A DNA stretch of 32,000 nt from Candidatus Pacearchaeota archaeon (GCA_026016245.1 CP061211.1:1-32000), one strand, 5' to 3'. Shown: positions 1 to 9,079, numbered from the stretch's first letter. Program-made: numbers and translations. Notes: generated by a model from the letters alone, not told the origin.

Positions 1-3000
1 AAGAACCAGAAGAACCAATAGAAGAACCAGAAGAACCAATAGAAGAACCAGAAGAACCAATAGAAGAACCAGAGGAACTAGAAGAACCAGAAGAACCAGA
101 AGAACAGCCTGCTGAAGAACCTGTTGAAACTGAAATAGATATTCCAGATTTAACTGGAGCTGCTGTAGAAGAAGTTAGAGTGATAGATGGAATTTGTACA
201 ATAGAAGAATCTTTTATTTATGAGATAGATGAAGATGAATTTGCCCAGCTTATTCCTGGTAGCGTGATTTCCAAAAATGAAACATTGAAAGATTCTGTTA
301 TAAAAGTGATAAACAAAAAAACTGAAGTTGAGGTAACAACTAGCTATGCTGAAAAGGAATATGGTTATGGTTCTGATTTTCTTAGAGATAAAAAGATTAT
401 AGGTATTAATCTAAGTAAATTCAATTTTACAGTTTATGAACCTGGCACTTACAAATTTGATGTTAATTTTGTTTATTCAAATATTTCTTTGGCTTCTATT
501 TCCACAGAAGTTTTATTTGAAAATATAACTGAGATGGAACTTATGAATATTACAAATATTACTAACATAACAGAAATTAACGTAACTAATGTAACTAACT
601 TTACAATAACTTTTGTTGATAGAAAAGGAGAAGTGAAGGACATTATTGAGATTGAGTTTGATAAGAGTAAAGAACAGCTATTGAATCTCAAGGTGGCTGA
701 GACAAATATGATAGCTAGTATTATAGAGAAACAAGAAGAGATAAAAGAGGAAATTATAGAAAATAATTTTACAAAAGGAATAATAGGATTAGTTATTGTT
801 CAAGAATTATTGCCTGAAACTGAATTGAATATAGTAGAATTATCCCAGGACATAACTATTCAGATAGATTATCCTACATCAGAACAAGAAGTTATGGGCA
901 TTAAAACAGAAATTTTTGCTCTTGAGCCAACTAATGGACTTGTTTTAGAAGAGTCAATTATAACATTAGAAAAAGTTGAGGAAAATGTAACTTCTATATT
1001 ATATTGTTCTAAATGGGATATTGGATCTTTTTCATGTGATAATGATTGGTCAACTAAAAATATAGGGTTCTTGGATAATGGCACACATATTAGTTTTAAC
1101 ATAACAAGCTTTTCTGCTTATGCTGGTGGCAAGATCATGAATGTAACAAATATCACAAACATAACAGAGGTTTATTTGGAAATATGGGACGAAACAGATT
1201 ATGAAACAAAATATCCTGGCGATGAAGTTGGTTTTTATGCTAATTATAGAGACCAAGATGGAAATCAGATATTAAGTGGATGTAGTATTTTCTTTGATGA
1301 TAAAGAATATAGTATGCTTTTTATAGATCCTTTTTATGAATATATTAAGGTATTTGATTCTTCAGGAGAATTTGATTATAACCTTGTTTGTAATGTTTCT
1401 GAAGCAAGTGACATAGTAGAAATAAAGGAAGTTGAAAAAATAGAAGTAGAGAGAGGCCCTAATTGGGATGGTTATGAAAAAGAAGAAGGTATACACACAA
1501 GAATATTTTATTCAACCAGAGTAAATATAAAAGATTCTGATGGAAATTACTATCCTATTGATGATGTTGTCAAAATTGAGAAAATAAAAGAACATAAGTT
1601 TAATGTAAAATGGAGAGATAATGAGGTGGATATTAATATCATAGGACTTGGTCCAAATAATTTGCTATCAACAAAACTATACAAGCATGAAAAAGAGATT
1701 AGATATGATTATAAATTTAAAATAAATGATTCTAAATTTATCCCAAAAGTTCTCATAAAATCAAATAAAGAACTAGAACTATTAGAATATGGTTTTAGAT
1801 TAGAAGATATTGAATTTGATTTTTCAGAAAAAGCTAAGGAAGATTTTGATGTTAGAATACTAAATGAAGAAACAGGATACAGAATAACAGGATTAGCAGT
1901 AGAACAAAATATAAAAACCAAAACAGGAAGAGTAGAACTAGTGAAGGATTTCTCCAAAAAAGTAGGAGATTTTGTGATAATAGATCCTGTGATTAAATTA
2001 ACTTCTGGCAATGATTCAGCAGATATTCATGGTAGTGCACCTGCTCTGCCACCATCTCATGAATTACAGATGAAATGGGATATAAGTAGTATTCCTGATG
2101 ACTCCAGAATAGATGATGCAAAAGTTTGTTTATATATAATTGATAAACAAGGCAGTCCAGATAATGATGCAAATTTTTCAAGAGTAAATAACCAGACATG
2201 GGATGAAAGTATTGATGCAACAGGATATAATAATTTAGAAGAAACAAACATAACAAAACGCTATATATGGAGCAGCACAACTATTAACACATGGTCTTGC
2301 ATTAATGTGGCTGCCGCAGTATCAACAGATTATAATTTAGATAACCAGAATACAAGTTTTAGAATAGAAGATTTAGATGCTGTTATATCTTCTGTTGGAA
2401 AAATAAATGATTTAACTTACATGAGGTTTGGTGTAGAAGGATTTATGACTCCTGGACCTTTTCTTGATTTTGCTTCAAGAGAATACACTGAGACTGAGGG
2501 TTTAAAGCCTTATCTTAATATTACTTATACAGATATTGTAAACCCAAATATAGAATTTGTTTCTCCTACTCCTGGAAATGGAACAACACGATCAGAAGAT
2601 TATATTTATGTTAATGTTACTACAAGTGACACAAGTGATCATTATGCTGTCTTAGATTGGAATTATTCTTTAAGAGGATGGTGGAGATTTGAGAATAATG
2701 CTAATGATAACAGCACTTATAGTAATCATGGTGTTGTAAGTGGTGCAACTTATGAATCTTCAGGAAAATTTGGAGGAGCATATAATTTTGACGGAAGTGA
2801 TGATTCTGTAAATATATCAGATGCCACTGGTATAGGTTTAGAAGGTAGTGAATTTACTTTAACAACATGGGTAAAACCAAAGCAGTTAAAAAATTATGGT
2901 AATGCATTTGAGAAATTCCCATCAGCTTTGACATCTGGATGGGGGGTTATTACTTATGCTAATGGTAAATGGGATTTCCAAAGCAGAGATAGTTCTGGCT

Positions 3001-5750
3001 GGTCAAATATTAATGGTGGAGCAGCAGGATCTCTAGTTAATGGTGTATGGGCCTTCCTTACAGTAACTTATAATAGTACTCATGTCAGAACTTATACCAA
3101 CACAAATCTTGTTTCAACAGTTGCAAGAAGTCAAATTGTAGATAATGCTCTTGACTTGCATATTGGGTGTGATGCTGGCTATAACAGATATTTTAGTGGG
3201 ACCATAGATGAAGTTCAGATTTATGACAGGGCCTTGTCTATAAAAGAAATTAGAGCAAGTTATAATGCTGGCTCATATAGACTTGAAAATAATTTTACTA
3301 ATTTATCAAATGGAGAATACAAGTTTAGGGCTTATGCCATTGATATAAGTGGAAATACAAATCAGACAGAAGAAAGACAAGTAAATGTACATTTATGCGG
3401 CTGTAATAATGGAACATATAATTATATCTGTGGTGAAACAATAACAAGTTCTTGTACAATGAACTGTGATTTAAATGCCTCTGGAACTTGTTTTACAATT
3501 GGAGCAGATGATATTATAGTAGATGGAGATGGATATACAATCAATTACTCTTCTTCAAGTACTGGATATGGAATAAACAACTCAGCAGGTTATGACAACA
3601 TAACAATAACCAACTGCACAATCAATCAAACCAATGCTTCTGTGTGGAGCTTTGGTATAGTCTTAAATGAGTCTGATGACAGTACAGTAGAATATTGTAA
3701 TATGACAAATGGCAAGGCAGGAATTCTTGTCATGAATTCTTTTAATACAACTATTCAGCATAATTATGGATATAAATTTGATTATGGAGCAGCAACAGAG
3801 TGGGCAACTTGTGATCCTTTTAATGACACAATTCCTTACAAATTCTATGAATCTGGAATTTGGTTTGTTGAAAGCAGTAATGGAACAATATATAATAATT
3901 CAATTTATGGAGATGATTCTGAGTCAGGAGTTATGAATCATAATGGAACAGAAGCTGGAGTAACATTATGTAAAAGCAATTATACAAACATAACAGCAAA
4001 TAAGATTTATTATACAGATACTTTTGGATTTATTCTTTCTCAAAGCCATTATAATGATTTCTTTTATAATTTCATAAATGGCTCAAATACAACTGGTGCT
4101 CATAATACAAATGATGGGATTATCCTTGGAGGACCAAGTGGAGATGTTGATGCTGGAGCTTGCAATAATAATAATCTCAGCTTTAATGAGTTTTATGATT
4201 GTTCAGAATGGGGTCTTTTCCTAACAGGATCAAATAATAATACAATTTATAATAACACTGCAAATAGCAATACTGTTGGGATAAGAATTGGAGGAACTTC
4301 AAGTTCTAATAAAGTATATGATAATATTGTTAATGATAATACTGATTTTGGACTTGGAATAGAGGGAAATTATAATGAGGTAATAAACATTACAATCTTA
4401 TCAAATAATCAAAAAGGGATCCATATTTCTGATGCTTCTGCTCCAGGATATTGTCATGACAATATTATAATCAATGCAGAAATAGATTCAAGTGCTTTTG
4501 GAGTTTATATTAGTGCAGATAATCTTGCTGGATGTCAGGATAATATACTAAAAGATTCAAAAATAACAAACTCTGCAACAAAAGACATCTATGCATCAGC
4601 AGGTTTAGAAGGAACCCAGACTTTAAATGCAACTTTTTTAAATGTTTCCTTCAATAAAACCAGCATATTTTTTAGTCCAGAGCTTGAGAGTGGAGCTCTT
4701 TACATAAAATGGTATGTAGATGTTTATGTTAAAAATAAGCTAAATCAACCTATTGATCAAGCCAATGTAACTGCTTGGGATGTTAATAATACTTTAACAT
4801 TTACTAAATTAACAAACAGCTCAGGCTATATAGAAAGACAGAATGTAACTGAATTTTTTGAAAATGCGACAGGAAAATATTATTATACCAATTATAGCAT
4901 GAATGCAAGTAAAACTTCAGAAAATTATAAGGAAAAATCTCAAGAAGTTAATTTAACTATAAATAAACTTGTTATATTTATTTTAAATAGACCACCTACT
5001 AAACCTGTATTAATTAGTCCTGGAAATGAAAGCCATATAACAGATAGAACTCCTTTGTTTAATTGGACTAATGCTATAGATGAGGATGGTGATTCAATAC
5101 ATTATGTTTTGAATTTAACTTGTAATAAACAATTTGGTAATTGTGATCCTCTTGATAATAGATTTATTGAAAATATTGCTCAGTCAAATTATACCCCTAA
5201 TGATGATGAGTTTTTGAAAAATTTTTGGGATACTCTTGAATATTACAATTGGACTATTAAAGCGTGGGATGGTGAGGATTATGGTCCTGTTAGTGATGAA
5301 TGGCGTTTTAATATTGATAGTTTAGTAGCTGTAAGTCCGATAAATGATACATCTAATTTTGGTTCTATGCAACCTGGGACAAGCAATGATACTACTGATA
5401 ATAATCCATGGCCTGTTTCAATACAAAATGATGGAAATTGTTTTGTTAACATGAGTATTTATGCTACACAATTATGGGATATTACTCCTGCAACAAATGA
5501 ATCTTATCAATACAAATTTGATTTTTTAGAATCAAATTCATTTAATTGGAGCACTAGTACAATATCTTGGGCTAATATTCCAATTGGCTTTACAACACCT
5601 AATGTTTTAAATGAATTCAATTGGAGCTGGGATGATTTGAATGATAGCGCTGAATTAGATATTAAGCTTGCTCCATTAAGCAAAGAACCTCCCGGAGATA
5701 AAAATTCAATCATAACTCTAACAGGAACTTTTGAAGACATAGCAGAATAA
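1..5750 (+). CDS. Giant secreted or surface adhesin-like protein, 5'-partial. Order of recognisable parts: acidic EPEEPIE linker, DNRLRE-like domain, LamG/ConA-like lectin domain, right-handed parallel beta-helix (NosD-like) repeats, CarboxypepD_reg-like beta-sandwich, Fn3-like module.
   Basis: The frame of the 180..5750 ORF stays open to the window edge (codons from nt 3 read EPEEPIEEPEEPIE...VEEVRVIDG), so the GTG at 180 is probably not the true start. LamG-like signature: FDGSDDSVNISD...FTLTTWVKP...GTIDEVQIYDRALSIKEIRASY (~2680-3270). Beta-helix repeats: ITITNCTINQTN / STVEYCNMTNGKAGILV / NNTIYNNTANSNTVGIRIGG (~3400-4600). DNRLRE-like: LQMKWDISSIPDDSRIDDAKVCLYI (~2000-2530). About 80 N-x-S/T sequons counted by eye. 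There is no C-terminal TM anchor. Confidence 0.85.
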   Translation, partial: EPEEPIEEPEEPIEEPEEPIEEPEELEEPEEPEEQPAEEPVETEIDIPDLTGAAVEEVRVIDGICTIEESFIYEIDEDEFAQLIPGSVISKNETLKDSVIKVINKKTEVEVTTSYAEKEYGYGSDFLRDKKIIGINLSKFNFTVYEPGTYKFDVNFVYSNISLASISTEVLFENITEMELMNITNITNITEINVTNVTNFTITFVDRKGEVKDIIEIEFDKSKEQLLNLKVAETNMIASIIEKQEEIKEEIIENNFTKGIIGLVIVQELLPETELNIVELSQDITIQIDYPTSEQEVMGIKTEIFALEPTNGLVLEESIITLEKVEENVTSILYCSKWDIGSFSCDNDWSTKNIGFLDNGTHISFNITSFSAYAGGKIMNVTNITNITEVYLEIWDETDYETKYPGDEVGFYANYRDQDGNQILSGCSIFFDDKEYSMLFIDPFYEYIKVFDSSGEFDYNLVCNVSEASDIVEIKEVEKIEVERGPNWDGYEKEEGIHTRIFYSTRVNIKDSDGNYYPIDDVVKIEKIKEHKFNVKWRDNEVDINIIGLGPNNLLSTKLYKHEKEIRYDYKFKINDSKFIPKVLIKSNKELELLEYGFRLEDIEFDFSEKAKEDFDVRILNEETGYRITGLAVEQNIKTKTGRVELVKDFSKKVGDFVIIDPVIKLTSGNDSADIHGSAPALPPSHELQMKWDISSIPDDSRIDDAKVCLYIIDKQGSPDNDANFSRVNNQTWDESIDATGYNNLEETNITKRYIWSSTTINTWSCINVAAAVSTDYNLDNQNTSFRIEDLDAVISSVGKINDLTYMRFGVEGFMTPGPFLDFASREYTETEGLKPYLNITYTDIVNPNIEFVSPTPGNGTTRSEDYIYVNVTTSDTSDHYAVLDWNYSLRGWWRFENNANDNSTYSNHGVVSGATYESSGKFGGAYNFDGSDDSVNISDATGIGLEGSEFTLTTWVKPKQLKNYGNAFEKFPSALTSGWGVITYANGKWDFQSRDSSGWSNINGGAAGSLVNGVWAFLTVTYNSTHVRTYTNTNLVSTVARSQIVDNALDLHIGCDAGYNRYFSGTIDEVQIYDRALSIKEIRASYNAGSYRLENNFTNLSNGEYKFRAYAIDISGNTNQTEERQVNVHLCGCNNGTYNYICGETITSSCTMNCDLNASGTCFTIGADDIIVDGDGYTINYSSSSTGYGINNSAGYDNITITNCTINQTNASVWSFGIVLNESDDSTVEYCNMTNGKAGILVMNSFNTTIQHNYGYKFDYGAATEWATCDPFNDTIPYKFYESGIWFVESSNGTIYNNSIYGDDSESGVMNHNGTEAGVTLCKSNYTNITANKIYYTDTFGFILSQSHYNDFFYNFINGSNTTGAHNTNDGIILGGPSGDVDAGACNNNNLSFNEFYDCSEWGLFLTGSNNNTIYNNTANSNTVGIRIGGTSSSNKVYDNIVNDNTDFGLGIEGNYNEVINITILSNNQKGIHISDASAPGYCHDNIIINAEIDSSAFGVYISADNLAGCQDNILKDSKITNSATKDIYASAGLEGTQTLNATFLNVSFNKTSIFFSPELESGALYIKWYVDVYVKNKLNQPIDQANVTAWDVNNTLTFTKLTNSSGYIERQNVTEFFENATGKYYYTNYSMNASKTSENYKEKSQEVNLTINKLVIFILNRPPTKPVLISPGNESHITDRTPLFNWTNAIDEDGDSIHYVLNLTCNKQFGNCDPLDNRFIENIAQSNYTPNDDEFLKNFWDTLEYYNWTIKAWDGEDYGPVSDEWRFNIDSLVAVSPINDTSNFGSMQPGTSNDTTDNNPWPVSIQNDGNCFVNMSIYATQLWDITPATNESYQYKFDFLESNSFNWSTSTISWANIPIGFTTPNVLNEFNWSWDDLNDSAELDIKLAPLSKEPPGDKNSIITLTGTFEDIAE
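3..110 (+). repeat. In-frame 21-nt tandem repeat encoding an EPEEPIE acidic Pro/Glu linker
   Basis: The unit gaaccagaagaaccaatagaa is perfect at 3-23, 24-44 and 45-65, with degenerate copies to ~110 (EPEELE, EPEEPEEQP). The repeat may continue left of the window. Confidence 0.9.
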
Positions 5751-5768
5751 AAGGAGGAATAAATAAAA

Positions 5769-6734
5769 ATGAGAAATAAAATAAAAAGAAGGAAAGAGGG
5801 AAAAAAGAAGATATTTTTATTAGTTATAACTTTTTTTATATTTACCTTCTTGTTTAGCAATGTTAATGCTCTTGGAATTACTCCTGGAAGAACTAGTTTT
5901 GAATTTGAACCAGATATTGAAAAAATAGTTGAATTTAGACTTGTTAATACTGAAAACAAAGCTATGAATATTTCTTTGAAAGTAGGAGGAGAATGGTCTG
6001 ATTTTGTCATTTTAAATCAGACATCTGTTAAATTTAATGCAGATGAATATATGAAAACTTTAAGTTATAAGGTTAGATTTCCTTCTAGTATTGATAGTGG
6101 AGGGATAAAAGCAAAAATAATTGCTTCAGAAACAGCTTCTAATAATTTAGCTCAAGGAACAACAATTGGTATAAATATTGCTGTAGAACATCAGCTTTAT
6201 GTTTTATCAAATATAACTGCCCCTGAAAAAGAGGAAATAAATGTTACTAAAGTATTTGTTAAGCACTATCAGAAAGGAGAACCTGCAAAAGTTGAAGTAG
6301 AAATAATAAATCCTTCAGCAGAGACAATGAAAAATGTTTATTCTACAATGCTGGTTTATGATAGATATGGCCTTCTTAGAAGCCAGTTTAATTCTACTCA
6401 TATAGATATTGAGCCAAATAAGACTGAGACAATAGAGGCTTATTGGGATACTTATGGTTTTGAAAAAGGGGATTATGGAGCCAATCTTATTATTTATTAT
6501 AATAATAAGACAGAAGAACAAGGCCTTATAATTTCTTTAGGTAGTGATAGAATAGAGATTGGTTTTGGGAAGTTTGAATTTGAAAAACATCCTACAGTTC
6601 CAATATCAATAACAGAAATTAAAAAAATAAATCCAGTGATAATAGCTCTTATTGTTGCTATTATCTTGTTTATTATTGTAGATATTATCGTCTTTATTTA
6701 TTTAAAAAAGAAAACGAAAAAAATCATAAATTAA
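5769..6734 (+). CDS. Membrane-anchored surface protein with a signal peptide, an N-terminal beta-sandwich module, one CARDB-like domain and a C-terminal TM helix with a Lys-rich tail
   Basis: An AAGGAGG Shine-Dalgarno sits 5751-5757, just after the upstream stop. N-terminus: KKKIFLLVITFFIFTFLFSNVNA|LG. C-terminus: VIIALIVAIILFIIVDIIVFIYLKKKTKK. It is a paralogue of the 7862..9079 product (YWDTYGFEKGDYGANLIIYYNNKTEEQG vs YWDTTGIETGEYDAKVVLHYEDKTTVKEG). Confidence 0.8.
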   Translation: MRNKIKRRKEGKKKIFLLVITFFIFTFLFSNVNALGITPGRTSFEFEPDIEKIVEFRLVNTENKAMNISLKVGGEWSDFVILNQTSVKFNADEYMKTLSYKVRFPSSIDSGGIKAKIIASETASNNLAQGTTIGINIAVEHQLYVLSNITAPEKEEINVTKVFVKHYQKGEPAKVEVEIINPSAETMKNVYSTMLVYDRYGLLRSQFNSTHIDIEPNKTETIEAYWDTYGFEKGDYGANLIIYYNNKTEEQGLIISLGSDRIEIGFGKFEFEKHPTVPISITEIKKINPVIIALIVAIILFIIVDIIVFIYLKKKTKKIIN

Positions 6735-6841
6735 TTTTGTTACATCAAGTAACATCAGCATCGGAGTAATAAACTAAACATTTAAATATTTCTTTTTTCT
6801 ATTAATTTTAATTTAAAAAGAGATAAAAAGAAAAAGAAAGA

Positions 6842-7072
6842 ATGGGAGATATTTCAAAGACAGTAGTTGTTATCCTTCTTATCGCCACTATTTTAGTTTC
6901 AGTTATTGGAACCTGGTTTATTTTGAATACTATAGATAATGCAATGGTGGGAGTTTCTACTGGGCAGATGAAAAGTACTGGGGGAGTTAGTGTCACAGTG
7001 GCTAATCCATCAGATTATATGTCTTCAGGAGCTGGGCAAGTAGGAGTTAATATTGAAAACCCCCCAGCTTAA
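6842..7072 (+). CDS. Small (76 aa) protein with a pilin-like N-terminal hydrophobic helix. It may be a minor filament subunit or a signal-anchored protein.
   Basis: The N-terminus MGDISKTVVVILLIATILVSVIGTWFILNTIDNAMVG is homologous to the N-terminus of the next gene. From memory it resembles the archaeal Pilin_N/DUF1628 consensus (..[27 protein letters not shown]). A TATA-like TTTAAAAA at 6812-6819 lies ~26 nt upstream of the ATG and there is no SD, which suggests a leaderless mRNA. Confidence 0.6.
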   Translation: MGDISKTVVVILLIATILVSVIGTWFILNTIDNAMVGVSTGQMKSTGGVSVTVANPSDYMSSGAGQVGVNIENPPA

Positions 7073-7154
7073 AAAGATATAGAAGATAAGAAGGTCAATA
7101 GAATAATATTAATTTAAATATTATTAAATTTATAAATCAAAGAAAAAAGAGAAA

Positions 7155-7799
7155 ATGGCTGAAATATCAAATAAATTCCTTGTGTTTTTGTTAGTAGTAG
7201 CTATTTTAGTAACAATTGTAGGAACTTGGTATAGTATTGACAGAGTTAATAGATTAGCAGGAGTGACAGGTTATGGAACAGCTGGTTATGTCAATGTTAC
7301 AATTACAGGAAAGATATCAATTAATATAACACAGCCTTATTGTGGTTTTGGAAGTGGGCATGTTACAGAAGGATATGACTATGCAATTCTAGCTCCTGGA
7401 TCAACAGGTGAACCGCCATGTTGTGAACTTGGGGATACAAAAGCAAACTGGACAAACACAACATCATATGCCCCAGATTGTATGGTAATAAAGAATGTAG
7501 GAAACACTAATGCAAAGATTAATGTAAGTTCAGATAAGGATGCAGCAACAATGATTGGAGGAAGTAGTCCAAATGTTACAGTATGGTTTGAGGATAAAAC
7601 TTCTGATGCTTGTATTGGTGGTGCTGGTCTGATAGGGTATCCTGGAAGTGAGATATCAACAGCAAACATAACAATATGTAATAGCTTAGACACAACTAAT
7701 GATGAGATGTATGTTGGCTGTTATCTAAAAATTCCAAAGGATGCAATAGCTAGTGCAAAAACAGCGGAATGGACATTTACTGGAACAGCAGCTCCATAA
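7155..7799 (+). CDS. 214-aa protein with a pilin-like N-terminal helix and a Cys- and sequon-rich extracellular domain. Candidate filament or surface subunit.
   Basis: N-terminus: MAEISNKFLVFLLVVAILVTIVGTWYSIDRVNRLAGV. The motif IS.K....L.A.ILV.(V/I)(I/V)GTW(F/Y) is shared with the 6842 gene. Seven N-x-S/T sequons and about eight Cys. TTTATAAA at 7129-7136 lies ~23 nt upstream of the ATG and there is no SD. Confidence 0.65.
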   Translation: MAEISNKFLVFLLVVAILVTIVGTWYSIDRVNRLAGVTGYGTAGYVNVTITGKISINITQPYCGFGSGHVTEGYDYAILAPGSTGEPPCCELGDTKANWTNTTSYAPDCMVIKNVGNTNAKINVSSDKDAATMIGGSSPNVTVWFEDKTSDACIGGAGLIGYPGSEISTANITICNSLDTTNDEMYVGCYLKIPKDAIASAKTAEWTFTGTAAP

Positions 7800-7861
7800 A
7801 TAAAATTTTTAAATTTATTTAGAATTTATTTTTTTATTTATAAAAATCCAAAAAGAGAAGA

Positions 7862-9079
7862 ATGAACAAAAAGATTTTTATTTTTATTTTTTTATTTCTA
7901 TTTTTAGTAATAATATTCAATTCAACTTTAATTACTGCCCCAGGTATAGCTGGTGCTGTGTATGAAGTTCTTTTTTTTGAACCTGGACTAGAAAAAACAT
8001 ATGTTTATCATGTAGATTCCAATACTATTAGGCCAATGGATCATTATATTGATATGAATGGTGATCTAACACCATATTTTACTTTGAGTACTAGTGTTTT
8101 TGAAGATCTTGCTCCTGGAGAACTTAGAAGTTTTGAGGCTCATATGAAATTACCTCAAGAACTTGAGCCAGGAGAGCATAGATTATATATTTGCGCAACA
8201 GAGGCTGAAGGAAGAACCCCTGAGGGCGCAGGAGCAGGTATCGGAACCAGGGTAAGAGTTTGTGCTGTAATTATTGTAATTTCACCACATCTAGGCAAAC
8301 ATGTTGAAGTTTCTATGGATGTTGAAAATGTTGCTAAAGGCGAAGATGCTGAATTCAAACTTAATGTTTTTAATATAGGCACTGAAGCAATTGATATTCA
8401 TAGTGTGATAGATATTTATAGTCAAGAGGTTAGTGCTGGGAAAGAAACGAAAATTGTTACACTTAAAACAGATAAAGATTATTTAGTTAGTGGTCAAAAA
8501 ACAACTTTGAGTGCATCTCATAATACAAGTGATATGGATATAGGGGAATATAAGGTAAAGGCAATACTTTATTATGATGGACTTCAAGAAACTGTAGAAA
8601 AAACTTTCCGTGTTGGGGAACTTAATATTGAGATTTTGGAATTTACAGAAGAAGTATCTCAGAATCAGTTAAATCCTATAAATGTCAAAGTCAAAAACGG
8701 GTGGAAAGGTGAAATTAAGGATATTTATGCTTCTATTGAAGTCAAACACCCTACGAAGAATTTAGTTATAGCCACCATAAAAACTCCCCCAACTAATATT
8801 AAAGCGTGGGAAACAAGGAATCTTGTGGCTTATTGGGATACTACTGGAATTGAGACTGGGGAGTATGATGCTAAAGTTGTATTACATTATGAGGATAAAA
8901 CAACTGTAAAAGAGGGAAAAATAAAGGTAAAAGAATTTGTGGAAGGGCCAGCCATCTCTTTAACTGCCATCTTATTATTCATGCTTATAATTGCTGTTCT
9001 TGTATTAATTATTTTAATAATACATATGATGAAAAAAAGACAGGGACGAGTTGTGAAAAAGAAAAAGATTAAAAAATAG
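7862..9079 (+). CDS. Membrane-anchored surface protein with a signal peptide, an N-terminal beta-sandwich module, two CARDB-like domains and a C-terminal TM helix with a Lys-rich tail
   Basis: N-terminus: MNKKIFIFIFLFLFLVIIFNSTLITA|PG. C-terminus: LTAILLFMLIIAVLVLIILIIHMMKKRQGRVVKKKKIKK. It is a paralogue of the 5769..6734 product. TTTATAAAAA at 7837-7846 lies ~21 nt upstream of the ATG. Confidence 0.8.
   Translation: MNKKIFIFIFLFLFLVIIFNSTLITAPGIAGAVYEVLFFEPGLEKTYVYHVDSNTIRPMDHYIDMNGDLTPYFTLSTSVFEDLAPGELRSFEAHMKLPQELEPGEHRLYICATEAEGRTPEGAGAGIGTRVRVCAVIIVISPHLGKHVEVSMDVENVAKGEDAEFKLNVFNIGTEAIDIHSVIDIYSQEVSAGKETKIVTLKTDKDYLVSGQKTTLSASHNTSDMDIGEYKVKAILYYDGLQETVEKTFRVGELNIEILEFTEEVSQNQLNPINVKVKNGWKGEIKDIYASIEVKHPTKNLVIATIKTPPTNIKAWETRNLVAYWDTTGIETGEYDAKVVLHYEDKTTVKEGKIKVKEFVEGPAISLTAILLFMLIIAVLVLIILIIHMMKKRQGRVVKKKKIKK

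Noticed and set aside
3-110. A regular 21-nt repeat that could be mistaken for a CRISPR-like or non-coding satellite array
   Set aside because: There are no spacers. The repeat is in frame with and continuous with the giant ORF and encodes an EPEEPIE linker. No CRISPR array exists anywhere in the window.
5507-6010. 167-aa minus-strand ORF spanning the junction of the giant gene and the 5769 gene
   Set aside because: It is antisense to two well-supported plus-strand genes and to their SD-containing junction. Its composition is that of a shadow ORF.
7102-7125. Perfect 9-bp inverted repeat AATAATATT-N6-AATATTATT just upstream of the 7155 promoter, and a 5-bp hairpin GTTAC-N5-GTAAC at 6739-6753
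   Set aside because: The arms are A/T-only or very short. In intergenic DNA this AT-rich such palindromes are expected by chance. They might be an operator or terminator, but the sequence alone does not support a call.
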